A stretch of 64,000 nt of DNA from Takakia lepidozioides (GCA_030704615.1 CM060732.1:20088001-20152000), one strand, 5' to 3'. Positions 1 through 14,370 are shown, counted from the first letter of the stretch. Numbers and translations are program-made. The notes: generated by a model not told the origin, from the letters alone.

Positions 1-339
1 TGTGTCCTTCCCCCCCATTGTCGAGACCACAGCCGCCACCAACGCGCCGTATCCGGGTCCTCCGGCAGAACCCGGAATAGATCCCACCACCACCTTGGGG
101 ACTGTGTATGATTGGGACCGATGATCACTAGGTTCCCACTACCGGGAGAAGGGCCCCCAAGTGATGGACGGCGCTGCCCCCCTTAGAGAGGTGGACCGAA
201 AGTTGTTTCGCACGGTTGGTCCTCGCCTTCGCCGGCCAGTGACGGCACCATACGTCATCGTGGTGCTAGGGAGCTATTCACGATGGAGTCCACCCCATTT
301 CTACCAATGTCTTGTTCCTTTCCAGTTCCGATTCCGGTG

Positions 340-823
340 AGCCCTTTCTTTTTGGGGTCGCATGTATTGCGTGATGGAGGCAATGGACCATAGTATGGGT
401 TGCGGACTTTTTTTTGATGGAGGATGTAGTTTTGGGGAGGAGAAAGGATTCTGTGATTTGTTCCGCTATTTTGGGCCGAGGTACACCCCGGGAGTGGCAT
501 TATTGCGACGACAACGGCCTTGGGGTCCTTGATCCATCCTTACATCCTTGTTGTGAACGACCATGCTGTAAGGTGAGAAATTTGGGCCGCAAAGCCCATA
601 TTATTGTGACGAAACCCTGATGTGTACGGCAACGTGACTGGGCTCATCAACAGTTCAGTTACCTTACCGCCCGGGCCCACCAGCCACGTGTTTTTTTGGG
701 ATGAGCGCCATGACAGGGATAGTAGATTGGATCCTAACATCACCACTTTTAGTGATGACATGTGCCAGGAGGACTATTAAGGCTGGAGATGAGTTGTTTG
801 CAGAGTATGACTTTAGGCTTTAG
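340..823 (+). pseudogene. SET-domain (lysine methyltransferase-like) gene relic, frameshifted
   Basis: Stitching frames gives MGCGLFFDG...KGFCDLFRYFGPRY (395-490), YYCD..PDVYGNVTGLINSS (~600-660) and VMTCARRTIKAGDELFAEYDF* (~752-823). These match the SET motifs GxGLF, Y.G, D...GN..xFINHS and A.R.I..GEEL..DY. Confidence 0.65.
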
Positions 824-1129
824 CCAACTTTCATCATGTGGGGAGATGGACGTAGGAAGACATTTTGTACATTGAGGTGGCTTCCTCCACCATGTATATA
901 TATACATAGACATTGATGTGGATGCAGTTTTTCATGCTATATCCTCGGAGTTTGGTTGGACGTTATATGTGAATTTGGGTATTTTGAATTATAAGTGTCT
1001 CCTTCATGTGGTGAAGCAATGTATGTATTCCCCTCGGTGTATAATGTGTACTTTGGGTTTTATCCTGTATGATAATGAACAACGTCATGTATAAAAACTG
1101 ATAATGACATGGTTGTTTTTCGCATCTTA

Positions 1130-4100
1130 GGATGCTGGCCACAACCCACGACATTATTCATGAAGTTCATGATCTTGTCAGACCGGGATTTTTGTTCCTT
1201 CGAGGGGGGTAGTATCAAAGGGACCCGACCCCGTCTGAACTGGCGGTCTCCGATGATGAGGACAACAATGACAATGGAATTATGCATGAGGATGTGGCAG
1301 CAATGGAGGACCTCTTAATGCATCAGATTGTAGATGAGGACACAGACTCCTTGAATGACATGAAAAATAAGCCAAACTCCCTTTATACGAAGGGCCAAGT
1401 GAGTAGACTTCAATTCAACCATCTTGTTTGTTGCTGAATTTGCAAATCCGGTTTGGCATAAGCAATGTGGGTATGTCCGCCATAATGCCGGACTATTGCG
1501 GACTACAATCCTTGCCCCACATTTGAAGCCGAGAATGCCATGCCACGTATCAGAAAAGAGGCAAGAGCAGCCTTGGATGCTGTGGGGATGGGCTATAAAA
1601 TTTTTCATGCATGTCCATGTATAAAAAAAACCCGTACTACGGAGAGGATGCGAAAACTCACCGAGTGTCCAAAGTGCAACAAAGACCGATATCGAGATGA
1701 TGTTCAAGGAAAGAAAGCCCGCGCAAGGTATACCCGCGCCCAATACACTTGTATATTGCATTCTACCCTTTTTGCAACCGCTACAAGACGTAAGGTTTTA
1801 CTTAGAGATATGAATGACCGATTATGATATGGGGCCGACATGGGGATGGTGGCAAAAAATGCACTACTTTCCAATCATCCCGCGACTGCAGGCACACTAT
1901 CGAAGCCCCTCATTGGCAGAACTGATGAGATGACACGGCCTCGCATCGGAGCCCCCGGGAAAGGTGTGCGGGCCAACAAGATTCACAAGCATGGAGGCAT
2001 ACTGAAGAGATGTGGCCTTTCTCTGGGAGGACCATGACATGTCCGCTCTCTCGCGCTTCTCCTCGATGGGGTCAACCCTTCTCCTGTCCAGTCATGTAGT
2101 CATTACACTTGGCCGGTGACCATGGTGAATTACAACATCCCTCCGTATCTTTCAATAAAAAAAAGCCATATCATGTTGGCTGCCATTGTACCGGGTGAGT
2201 GTTCTCATTTCATGCTTATTTTACTTTGGATTTTACATTAATCTTCTTCTCTTTGGCGCAATTCCGATGGAAGATGATGAGTGACGTAATCATGTAGTAA
2301 GATGTGTCATTCATTATGAAGTATAATTAGCATGGTGAGCATTGAAACAATTAATGTGTGAATGTCTCATAGGAAAAAAATAACAAGTGAAAGACATGGA
2401 CACGTACTTGCAACCTCTAGTTGATGAACTGAAGGAGCTATGGAGGGGGGTCCCGCATTGGATGCTCACTTGACCCAATGGCCGGACAATCTTTTTAGAT
2501 GAGAGACATCTTGCTTTGGACAATGCATGATTATCCAAGTATATTATGTTCCCCATGAGAAACCCGCGTACATTTACCTGTCAAGGATATTGATGAGGAT
2601 TGGGATTGTATTGAAGTAGCGACGACATTTCTGCACTGTAGTGGGGTAGATGCACATGGAAACTTTTTGTCTTTCCTAATGTGGCGGAATGTCTACAGGA
2701 CTTACTGTTTGCTCGGGGTGAGCACTAAAGGTTACCACGCATGCCTGCATTGTGGCAATGAACTTGATGCACAAAGCTCCAGCAATCTTCACAAGATGGT
2801 GTATCCCACTACCGCAAGTTTTTCTTAATGAGCCATCATTGGAGAAGAAGAGACAAACACTTGTTTGATGGCAAAGGGGAGTTACTGGTCCCCCACCTGT
2901 GACACCATCCGCACTTTTGGGAAGACCCGATGGAAGGAGGCCCATCCGGAGGGGTCCGGAGAGTGGAGGTGCCCGGCTGAAGCGACCTTTCGATCTCTAC
3001 GAGTTGTCATATTGGGCGTTACATATTCCACAAAAACACCATCAATGTTTGCTATGCTCATGCATGTGATATTGCATGTTTTTGTATGATTTCCATTGTC
3101 ACTTTCACGACAATAGACGTGTAAGACTTTGTGGGTGGGGATATGTGTAGGACAAAGGAGGAAGTGACAATGGACAAGGGAGGAATACAAGAAAGTGATA
3201 TCCACCATAGGAGCTGAACACCAACTGGTTATGGGTCATCCCTCCGTATGAAGTTCAACACAAAGACGGGGTCCATGGTTTGAAGTCTCATTACTACCAC
3301 AATCTATTGCAGACATCTTGCCCATTGCAGTACGTGAGACATTGAATCCCGAGGTTCGGTGAGACAGTCTATAGATTGGGAGCATTGTTCCGGTGGATTT
3401 GCTCCAAAGAGCTGGAGGAAGCGGACTTTCCAAGTGCACTTGGATGTCAAATAAGGAGGGAGGAAGGTGCATCTCCAACATACACATGACCCCCGCCGAC
3501 TCCTTCTTCACTTGGAGCGAAGGGTGGATGTACTACCTTGAGCGATACATGAAGACTTTGAAAGCACTTGTAAGACAAATGACACCCGGAGTTAGCATGG
3601 CGAGGGGTATACATTGCAAGAGGCTATGTTCTACTGCATGGAGTACTTGGCAAGGGTTGATAAGGAAGCCCTCCGATTGGAAGGAAGATGAGGATGTACG
3701 AACCAAGGACATCGTTTTGCCCAAAAATTCAAAAAGGGTAAATTACCCATCATGGTGATTAACCAAGCGCATGAGTTCATATGAAGAACACCCCCCCATC
3801 CATACAGAGTGGGAGGCAATACAATAACATTGTTCAGCAACGATAGGAAGAGACAGTTGCGTGGAGATGGAACCATGCAAGGGCGACTACACGCGCTCCG
3901 CGAGCAAGGGGCCGGCGTAGGAATGTGCCTTCACAAGAATTGCCCATGGAATTGCAGCTCTAGTCTTCATTCCGCCATTGGCTTCAGACGGAAATAGAGG
4001 ATAACATTTGCGAAAGATGAGGTGGTTTCAGATTGGTGGCAAGACATTGCAAGGGCCCCTCTCAATTTGCGACCTCATACACGGCGGTTTGGGTTCATGG

Positions 4101-4842
4101 TCGTCATTTTCGCATTTGTGCTCTTGACATGAAGCGCAAAACAACGTTTGATTCTGGCTTGTGTGCCTCATATTGGCAAGACTCCATGTGGGACAGGGGA
4201 GATACACGACCTATCATGAGCACACTCAACTACTTTGGAGAGCTTGAGAGCATACTCCAACTTCAGTATCACAAGGCACCAGCCTTTTATCTTCAAGGCA
4301 AGGTGGTTCCAGCCATATCTTGTGGGGCCATCCGCAACAATAATGGAAGACAAGTGTGGTTTCATGCGCGTCAATACAGATTGGCTCGAGTCTACTCATC
4401 GTCCCTCTGATGAGCCTTTTTCATGGCCTTCAGACATGGAGCAAGTTTTCTTCTCCGGATCAGGAAATTGGAAGGTGGTTGTGCATGCTCAGCCAAGAGG
4501 AAGACGTATCTATCATGGTCGGGGATCTAAATGGGGCGAGGCAGATGCGGAGGAGGAAGAGACTGGTCATGATGACGCTGATGTTGGCCGAGTTTGGATA
4601 GGGGGGTACAAGAGAATGATGACGCCCCGGACAATGCATCCTGGACCCTATACGATGAGGCTCCATCAAATGTGGATGTTGGAGAAGAAGATGAAGACAT
4701 GGTCATTGAAACGGAGGTGGAAGATGATTCATATGTGCCTTTTGGTGACCAGACCATTTATGACAATGACTTTGATAAGCAAGAAGACTTGCAGCTTGAT
4801 GAGGATGAAGAAGCTCCGGATGATGATGTTCAAGTTGATTAG
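1130..4842 (+). pseudogene. CACTA Tnp2/TnpD transposase pseudogene (Transposase_21, DUF4218, DUF4216 motifs)
   Basis: Motifs in order: FHACPC..ECPKCNKDRY; LDGVNP..HYTWPVTMVNYNIPPYLSIKK.HIMLAAIVPG; DTYLQPLVDELKELW; GLKSHYYHNLLQ; WMYYLERYMKTLK; GELESILQLQY, FKARWF, DEPFSWPSDMEQVFF..WKVV. Many frameshifts and stops, with probable introns near 2195-2371 and ~2540-2697. Confidence 0.9.
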
Positions 4843-5399
4843 ACACGTTATCAAAGCTACATAATAATTCTCGCACATAACTGTACCCATCCCTTCGATT
4901 GATTGTACATGTACATGCATGTAGCTTATTTCTATGATTGATTAATGAAAAATCCATGAAAAAAATCCTTTGTAGGTGTGGCGATCTAGGATTGATTTTA
5001 TTGAAGTTGTGACTCGAAAAGTGACTCTAGGATTGTTGAGTTTTTGTACGAGGGCAAGAATGTTGGAAGACATGGTTCTTGTTCTACAAGTGCTGACCAA
5101 GACTTACCCCTGGAAACCCTTCAATCGATTTGGTTACCATGATCTCGATGCAACAAAAAGAATCTTCGAAATTGGTGTGAAAGACAACAATGTTGCCAAA
5201 GCCATTGCCAAAGCAATTGCCAAAGCAATCTACCCTGAACCCTCTAATCCCATGGCCCTTCCCTTTTCTTTTCCTAGTGTCCCCACCGCCTCTTCTTGCC
5301 CTTTGTCTTTAACAATAAGGCCGCCCGGGTTGATCACGGTCTCCCACATGCAAGATAGCCTATTATATTGTAGCATAGAAGGAGGACAAAAAAGATTTG

Positions 5400-6620
5400 C
5401 AACAATGGATCCATTCAGCTTGGCCTCTGCCATGACCTTTGCAAAAACACAGAAAAGACAATATTGCGATTCCCCGCCGTCGCAAACCTATTGGGGCATC
5501 ACAATGCCGTCGCAATACCGTCGCAAGGCGACCCCTGGAGGTCGTAACCCCCTGCATTTACAATATCTATGATTGTGGATTTTTCCTACGCAATGATTTT
5601 TGTTTTAGCTCTATTTTGTTTTGTGAATGCAAACCCCGGACCACTACATCCATGGAAAAAATTGGACAAAAAAAAATTTAAAAATAAAATAAAAAAATAG
5701 AGTTTCCTTCACTCTCTATTGCGGAACTCTCTATGGAGAGTACATGAAGTTGAAAAGAACTCAACTTCGGAGTGCAAATGAGGGAAGAAAATATGGTTTT
5801 CAGTCCAAATGATTTTTCTTTATTCCCAAAATTTGCACACGCATTGCAAACGCTGTCATTAAGCATATGGCTTGGGGACGGAATAAAAAAAAAATCATGT
5901 GCATGTGCAAAAAATCATCATCCCACCTGAGGGGATGAGGAGGAGGATGTGGCGGCGGCCGTCAAGTTTGCTGAGATCGGCACCAATGGTGGTAGAAAGC
6001 ACTCTGGCCCTGTTATACAACAAGAGAGAAAAATCACTATAAAGATTGGAAGAAGGGGATCAATTGACCCTGGCCTCTGCCATGACCTTTGCAAAGAGAC
6101 ACTAAATATGGCCTCTCTGCGACTCCCGGACGTCGTAGACCCGTCGCATTACCGCTGACGGACGACTTCTAGCAGTTGTAACCCCCGCGAGGTGGCGTGC
6201 ACTCGCCACGTGACGGCCAAGGGGGAAATGGCATCCTTGCGACTCCCCAATGTCGCGGCCCTGCTGGAGCGTTGCTAGGCCATCCTAGCGACGACGGGAC
6301 ATCGCAATACCCCGTCGAGTTGGGCGTCCAAAGGGAAATGGTGACGTTGCGACTCCTGAACGTCGCTGGAACGTCGCAGTACCCTCAGCCTGGGGGTCTA
6401 GGATTGGGGATTTCTGGTACGTAATGATTTTTGTTTTTACTCAATTGTGAATTCAACCCTTGCGCCACTACATCTGTGCAAAATATTGGACCAAAAATTT
6501 ATTAAAAAAATAAAATAAAAAAAATCTTTGTTCATTTGGACTCTCTATGAAGAGTGCATGAAGTTGTAGAGAACTTAACTTTGGAGTACAAATGAGGGAA
6601 GAAAATACGGTTATGGGTGT
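5400..6620. repeat. Direct duplication of a TE subterminal module (5400-5910 and 6055-6620); the second copy is an inverted repeat of 10030-10500
   Basis: TGGCCTCTGCCATGACCTTTGCAAA at ~5421 and ~6072. GGAGT(G/A)CAAATGAGGGAAGAAAATA at ~5769 and ~6582. GGGGTCTAGGATTGGGGATT at ~6393 has its reverse complement at ~10241. Confidence 0.7.
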
Positions 6621-8919
6621 AAGCATGTTAGAGGTAGGCCAAAACTAGCGGATAATGGGTACTTGGGAGTAATTTTGTGGCGTAGTGTAGTGGTGGTAGA
6701 TGATAATGTAAAAACACAATTGTGCCATGAGTCCGAGTCCCGCATCCAACAGTCCAAGATTAAACAAAACAAAATAAGAAAATTAAAAAAAACGGAAATA
6801 AACCTGCCGGCGAAAATAATCTAGTTCAAAATTTCACCATTGTTTGGAGGTTTCAATTGCACGTAGCACTAGGTACTGTGGTTTGGAACACATCTTCTTC
6901 AGGAGTCACTCTTAAATAATAACATTCTCAGGTACTTAAATCCATGGCCTTTATAAATTAGTAGTTGCATATACAAAAATCATTAGACCTTTCATACATA
7001 GCAGGTACTTGACGGCTCCTTCTGAGACTATTTTACAGGTATTCAAGCATGCATGAAAAAAGATTCATGTGTGCAATTGGTACATTTTAGGGGTACTTTT
7101 GGCTTTTCATGTTCGAGGATGTAGCGAGCTACATCTACAACCTCCTCGCATAATACTTCACAAGTACCATCGAAACATACCCGTTTGCAGATTGGAAAAG
7201 TGTTCTGTTTTCCTTACAACATCACCTTTCTTCCCATGTCATTTTCAAGGAAGTTCAATGTAAGATCAGAATGCACTAGAGTACTTTGAAGACCATAGTA
7301 TGTCAAAATCCATTTGTGACAGTATTTTTTGCCTACCTCTAACATGCTTTCACCCTTGGGTCCAGATGACTTTTGTTTACTCCCAATTTTTGCACGTACA
7401 TTGCATATGTTGTCATTAAACAAATGGCTTGAAAGTGGAATTAAAAAAAAATTGTGTGCAGACGAAACACAATATTTAGTCTCCACGACACGTAGTTTTG
7501 TTGAAATCTCGAATGACCCATTGACTAAACTTGGTTCAAGCTCATATTTGGTTCACATGTGCTTAAGTATGTTCAGATCACATATGCAAAGTTGCAAATG
7601 ACGAGCATCAAGAAGATATATTCACCCCCGACGTCGTAGGCCCTGCATGAAGTTGAAGAAAACTCAACCTTGGAGAGCAAATGATGGAGGGAAATATGGT
7701 TTTGGGTCCAGACGACTTTGTTCACTGCCAAATTTTGCACGCACATTGCACACGCAGTCATTAAGCATGTGAGTCATTCTCATTAAGTCATTCTCTTGTC
7801 TTTCTTGCATCTCTAAGATGGGATACTCTAATGATAGTTTGGAACTGTTCACAGTTGTGAGCATTGTTCAACCAGCATTGTTCTTTCCTTTTGACGATCC
7901 TGGTTTAAATTAGTGCAATGTAACCAAGCAACCTCTACATATTGAAATGTGTGTAATTTATGGCCCTTGTTCTTCTGCTGCAACAAACTCGTTCACAAAA
8001 TGCTATTCTTTCACAGCAACCACCGGTTTCGCAGCAACCACGATCTTGAAATAAAGCCAAAGCTTTTTACAAAGCTAAATCATCCGATGTTGTGCTTATC
8101 TCTACCATCCTACCTGAGCATGTGCGCAAGTTTTTGTGATGACATTCGAAAGGAGGGAGAATCCAGTTGTCTGTCTCTCTCCTTCTTTAGATTCCGAGGT
8201 GTTTTTTCAAGCTCTTGGATTTTTTCGATGAGATTGTCCACCTTCGAATTTGTCAAGGAATCGAGGATGCCACCAAAGAAGTTTAGTATGCGCCTAGTCC
8301 AAGGTTCCCTAGAAGTTATCTGATGTATCTACATGTCAACGTTGTCTCTTAACATTGGATGTCTGCTACAACTTAGGTGATTATGTCAAACAACTCTCAC
8401 AAAGGCAACGACGTGCAACTGGAGCAAGTGATGCAAATTGGCACCAAGACTCTACGCTATGTAAATCACATGGAGGTGAAAATGTTAATGGGATCTCATC
8501 CGATATACAAAGCGAAATCATCCAAGGTTGTGCTTCTCTCTACCATCCTACCTGAGCATGTGCGTGTGTTTTTCTGTGACAAAGAGTATTTGGGGCCGAT
8601 TGCAATTGCGTCGTTCTGTGACAAAATCTTTCGAATTCGTCAAGGAGTCGAGGATGTCACCAAAGAAGTTGAGCATGTACATAATCCGAGGTTCTCTACA
8701 AGTTATCTGATGTATCTAGATGTCAACATTGTCTCTTGACAACGGATGTCTGTTAGCTACGACTTAGGTGATTATGTCAAACAACTCCCACAAAGGCAAC
8801 GACGTGCAACTGGAGTGCAACGATGTGCAATTGTATTGTGTTCATGATTTGATTTGATGATTTGTTGATTTGAAGTTTGATTTGATGTTGATTTTGAAAT
8901 AAGGCCAAAGCTTTATACA

Positions 8920-9490
8920 CCGAGTGATCTCCAACAAGAATAATCTGCTTCAGTTCTTTCATCTGGGTGATAATATCAGTCTCTGCTTCTACTTGTTGTG
9001 CATCTTCATCAATTATTACGCAATTAAAAGCTTCAACGATCGTTGGCCTTTTATGGAGAGAGTGCAAAAAAACAATACAAGCATTCTCCATGCATTCCAT
9101 CTCCAACCATTCCAGTGATGTATCTAGATGTCAACGTTGTCTCCTGACAGTGGATGTCTGCTACGACTTAGGTGATTATGTCAAACAACTCCCACAAAGG
9201 CAACAACGTGCAACTGGAGTGCAACGACATGCAATTGTATTATATTCATGATTTGAAGTTTGATTTGATGTTGATATTGAAATAAGGCCAAAGCTTTATA
9301 CACCTAGTGATCTCCAACAAGAATGATCTGCTTCAATTCCTTCATCTAGGTGATAATATCAGTATCTACTTCTACTTATTGTGCATCTTCATCAATTATT
9401 ACGCAATTAAAAGCTTCAACGATCGTTGGCCTTCTATGGAGACAGTGCAAAAAAACAATGCAAACATTCTCCATGCATTTCATCTCCAAC
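8920..9490 (-). pseudogene. Two tandem fragments of a UPF1/SEN1-like SF1 helicase (AAA_11 region)
   Basis: ENACIVFLHSLHKRPTIVEAFNCVIIDEDAQQVEAETDIITQMKELKQIILVGDH resembles IVF.T...F..VIIDEAAQ..E.E....ILVGDH. Near-identical copies at ~8925-9110 and ~9308-9490, in a ~383-bp tandem unit. Confidence 0.7.
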
Positions 9491-12400
9491 CAATGTCTCT
9501 GTCAAATCAGAAAACAACTCAGTGCCAAAACTTCTTAGTTTTCCAAATCCATTTTCGTCTTTGTTGTATCACGGGGAAAGTTTGTAGCGTCTTTACATTA
9601 CAGAGTCTGTTGAGGAAATAAATTTATTCCATTCTTAAACCATATGCTTAATGACAACATGTGCAATGTGGATGCAAAATTTGGCAGTGAACAGACATCA
9701 TCTGCACCCAAAACCATATTTTCTTCCCTCATTTGCACTCCAAGGTTGAGTTCTCTTCAAGTTCATACATTGTTGATGAGCATATTTCTTAATGTTGCTT
9801 ATCTTTTGAGACTTTGCATATGTGATTTGGACATACTTAAGCGCGTGTGGACCAAATATGAACTTGAACCAGGTCATTCAATGGGTCATTCAAGTATTGA
9901 ACACATCTACGTGTTTTAGAGATGAAAAACTACATTTCGTTTGCACATGATTTTATTTTTATTCCGTTCTTAAACCATATACTTAATGACAGCATATGCA
10001 ATGTGCGTGAAAAATTTAAGAGTGGCCCCAAAACCGTATTTTCTTCCCTCATTTGCACTCCAAAGTTGAGTTGTCTTCAACTTCATGCACTATTCATAGA
10101 GAGTTCTGCAATAGTGAATGAAGAAAACGTTTTTTTATTTTTTATTTGTTTTTGGTCCAATATTTTGCACGGATGTAGTGGTGCAAGGGTCGAATTCATA
10201 GAACAAAACACAACCCAAAAACAATTATTACGTAGCAGCAATCCCCAATCCTAGACCCCTAGGCAAGAGGGCACTTGTGACGCCCCAGCAGGCATGCGAT
10301 TGCGGGGAATCGCAACCTCGCCATTGTGGCATTTGGGCGACGTCTGGACGTCGCAAACCCCAGCGCGACCTGACTCAACCCTCCCCACGCGCCTAAGTGT
10401 GAGGGGGTGTTGTTGCGATTCTCGGCAGTCGCAGCCTTGCGGGAGCGTCGCAGAGGGTAAGTGCGACGCCCGAGCGTCGCAACCCCCAGCTCACTGGTGG
10501 GTCATCCCCAACAGCAGTAACGTGGCGAAATCGCAAGCAGGCGAAGCGTCACCAGAGCGGCGCGGCGGCGATGGGCCAACGTCGCAATTTCCAGGCCGGG
10601 CACCTGCGCGGCGCTGCAGTCGAAGGAGGGTCGTCGCGTCCGGCGCGCCCGGGGTCCCAGCGTCGCTAACCCCCCTAAACGTAGTAGTGAATATGTAGAT
10701 GCCTCAACCACAAGAATGTATGGATCAAGCAAGGTGAGATATATCATCAAGAGGAGAAAAACTAACATGCTAGGTACATGATCCGACCAATTTGAATGGG
10801 CAAAGCAACAAGGGTGCTGATGATTGCTATCATTGTCTATTGTATATTAATGATACATGTATACAACGTCTACAACTCTGACAACCTATGCTATCTTAGG
10901 TTATATATAAGGTCTTATTGGTTATATGGTATACTTATAAATGACCTACATAATATTGGGGGGTACATGTACATTGTAAAAACCCTAACTGTCAACGTTT
11001 TTCATCCAGCGCATGTGCATCATCCAACGCACCGACATCATGATGATCACCTGAGATTATCCATGGACCATCCATCCATCCATCATCCATCAACCGACAT
11101 CATCAATCATCGACCGACATCATCAATCATCCACTGACATCATCCACCGCACAAACATCATCTTACGCACATTTAACATCCAAAGCACCTTTATCATCGT
11201 GTGTCATTTGTTTTTTATACTGCATGTTTTTTGGAGAAGAGACCTGGCCAACTGCAAAGATGCCTTCAGTCAGTGGTAGGTCCTCCATCATCGTGTGTCA
11301 TTTGTTGTTTATACTGCATTATTTTCTGAGCACGGACCCGAACAGCAGAGATGTCTTCAATTAGTGGCAGAGATGCCATGAATCAGCGTTGGGTCCTTGA
11401 TCTGGTGGTCTTTCTGAAGCCGTTGGGGAGAAGCTACTTATATCAGCCGACCATGTGCACTGCGCTTCTACAAAGGCATCGAGGAAGAGAGTTTCACGGA
11501 TTGGGGCATCCCGAGTGGTGCTGGTAGAAGTTCCCTGGAATGGAGCAGTTTGTCGGCAGGCAACTAGCGGAGTTTTGTGAATCGGATAGTACAAAAATGT
11601 TGTACTTTGCAAGACTGGTGGCACTGCGCACTACTATCACTTTGATGAATCGTGCATTTTTTGTCTCTTTTTGTACACACAGGCTTTAGAGCAAAATGCA
11701 TGATTCATCAACAGAAAAGCAGTGAGTTTTGAAACTGCTGTTTGACCACACTACTGCTGGTGAGGGCTATACCAGTATGCTCTGGGATGTGAAGTAGAAA
11801 TATAGGGACAGGTTTTTCAAACCTAGCCATCTTCCGGATTCTTGGACTAACAGCTGTTGTTTTTACCTCGAATTCAAGGTAGGCTCTTCACCTATCATGA
11901 AGCTCCAGATCAACCCTTCAACCTTCACAACACCTTAACAATAAACCGTAATATCTTCTGTATGTAGGCTCATGTGTGGTCTGATTTCGCAGTTAATTTC
12001 CAGTTCAAAGAGTGCAACCGATGTACCATGTTATGCTCCATTCTATTTAATTTCTTTAAATTCCAGTTCCCCGTCCACGTTGAACTGGGCGCCGTTATGT
12101 AAAATTGAATTTGTTAAGTCTTGTATGTATTTATGAATGATGCTATATAATATTTTATATACATAAGAAAGGAATTCATAAATATTTTTAATTATTTTCT
12201 TGACAAATAATTATTAACCTCAATAATTCATTGTAGAAGATTAGGTGACAAACATCAAGCGTTTCCTACGAATGGCTCAAAATTCAAATGCATTTTCACT
12301 ACCACTCGCCACGTTGCAGCGTGGTTTTCAGTTCATATTTGTACGATGCCTAATCTCTAGTTGATTTTGTCGCCGGGGTGTGTAGAAGAATTCCACAAAT

Positions 12401-13399
12401 TAATATGAGAGCCTCTAGCCATCCAGAAAGTTGGAGGACCAAGCTGCGTGTGAATCAGAATGTCACATGCAAAGGATGTTGCACCGGTCCCACGAGGAGT
12501 TGAAAACATGAAGAAGAATTGATTGTCTCTTGTCAAAATATCTAATCTAATAGATGCTAAACACACATCCCTCGTTTTATCTCCTTTAACAAACATATAA
12601 ACAAAAATCATGTGCAAAGCTATTGTGGTCGACGGATCTTTTATGGGATTGGACACGCTTACAACAGCTTTTCCATAAGTGCTAGAGAGCTATGACATGT
12701 CCCGGCAACACGAGAACTCCATGGCATCAATCAGATGCAACTCCATCCAAACGGGACAAAGGTTGAGTTACTCAAATTAAAAGTTAGAGGAAAAAATTAA
12801 CCTAAACAGGGCCATAATGTAACATTAATTGAAGAAGATTTTTTTAATTGAACTGCATGTCATTCCTAGCCATGTGATATAGGTAGACCCCGCCCATTCA
12901 TTTACTTTTGGGTTTTAGTATTTCAATGTGCAAAGAAACATTGTTTTTGGGATTTAGGTGGGTGGGCATTGCTTTGTGTAGTCTAGTGGAGAAGACAATA
13001 GCTCCATGAAGAAAAAACACACAATATTTACAAGTGACATGTTGTCATTTGCAATATATAGACATATATATATATTTTGTGACGTTGCTTGTTTGTATAA
13101 GTACTTCATCTTGGTTATATGATATACTTATTATAAATGGCCTACATAATATTGGGGGGTACATGTGTCATGTACATCGTAGAAATAAAAATTAAATTGT
13201 TAAATATTATATGTATTTATAAATAATGCTATATAATTTTATATTTCGTGTGTCACATCCTTGTGATTTTTTATTGAGAAAATTGCATTGCATGTCTAGC
13301 AATACAAAACATTCTATGTTTTATGAACACAATATTTCAAACATTTATAAGTATTTAAGTACAGAAATGCATTGACTATATATCTATACATCATCTCTA

Positions 13400-14370
13400 A
13401 ATCATGCAGCCTATGTATAGGTCACTCAGGATATTTTTGAGTTCATGCGATACACATAAATGATCAATATAATAATAGGAGGTGCATGTTAGAACTTAGA
13501 ATGAATATTGAATTATAAAATCGAATATACATATTAAAATAATATTTGCTATTCATTTTTTCAATTTGATCTCCCAAATCCATGTGTTTTTTTTAAATTT
13601 AAAACAACTTATGCACGACAATGAAAAATATTCTACTTATGAGACTTTGTACACATAAATGATCAATATAATAATAGAAGGTACATGTAAGAATGAACAG
13701 GGAATTGTGATATTTTATATGCATTTTATGAAGGCTGTTATAGAATAGATTCTAATTGGATCTGTCATAGTTAAAAATATTTCTTTGCATATCTGTCAAT
13801 ACAAAAATTCCAAGTATTACGAACAAACTAGAAAACTATAGAGTATACGTGCACACATGTTATTAGATCCAATTGTTCTTTATCACAATTCCTATGCATC
13901 CATCCTATGCATAGGTTACTCATAATCTTCTTGAATTCATGGGATACAAATAAATGATCTATATAATAATAATAGCAAGTGCCTGTATGAGTGAATATTA
14001 AATTATAAAATCTTCTCTGTATTTTAAAATAAAAAATTTATTTTCTTATAATCCGGTCTCACACATCCTTGTATTTTTAATTAAAAATAACTTATTGCAG
14101 GACAATGAAAATATTCTACTTATGAGACTATGTACACATAAATGACCAATATAATAATAGAAAACACATGTAAGAGTGAACACTGAATTGTGATATTTCA
14201 TATGCATTTAATAAGGCTGTTATAGGATAGATTTTAATTCAATCTCTACCCTTTGTGATTTTTTAATTCACAATACTTTATTGCATATCTCATAATATAA
14301 AAATTCTAAGTAATACGAATAAACTAGAACACTATAGATTATACGTCCACATATTAGATCTAGTTGTTCT
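13400..14370. repeat. AT-rich ~480-bp tandem duplication
   Basis: TACACATAAATGATCAATATAATAATAG-like words at ~13451, 13651, 13945 and 14133. ATATTCTACTTATGAGACT at ~13628 and ~14111. Confidence 0.7.

Larger units (their letters stand above)
1..10689 (+). mobile_element. Decayed CACTA/En-Spm DNA transposon (right end in window, left end outside or not recognised)
   Basis: Contains a Tnp2-family transposase relic. A GC-rich subterminal region rich in GTCGCA/TGCGAC (10260-10680) ends in ...GTAGTAGTG at 10689, the reverse complement of CACTACTAC. Confidence 0.65.

Noticed and set aside
11860-12760. Possible degraded coding exons on the minus strand
   Set aside because: Protein-like stretches with stops but no recognisable motif.
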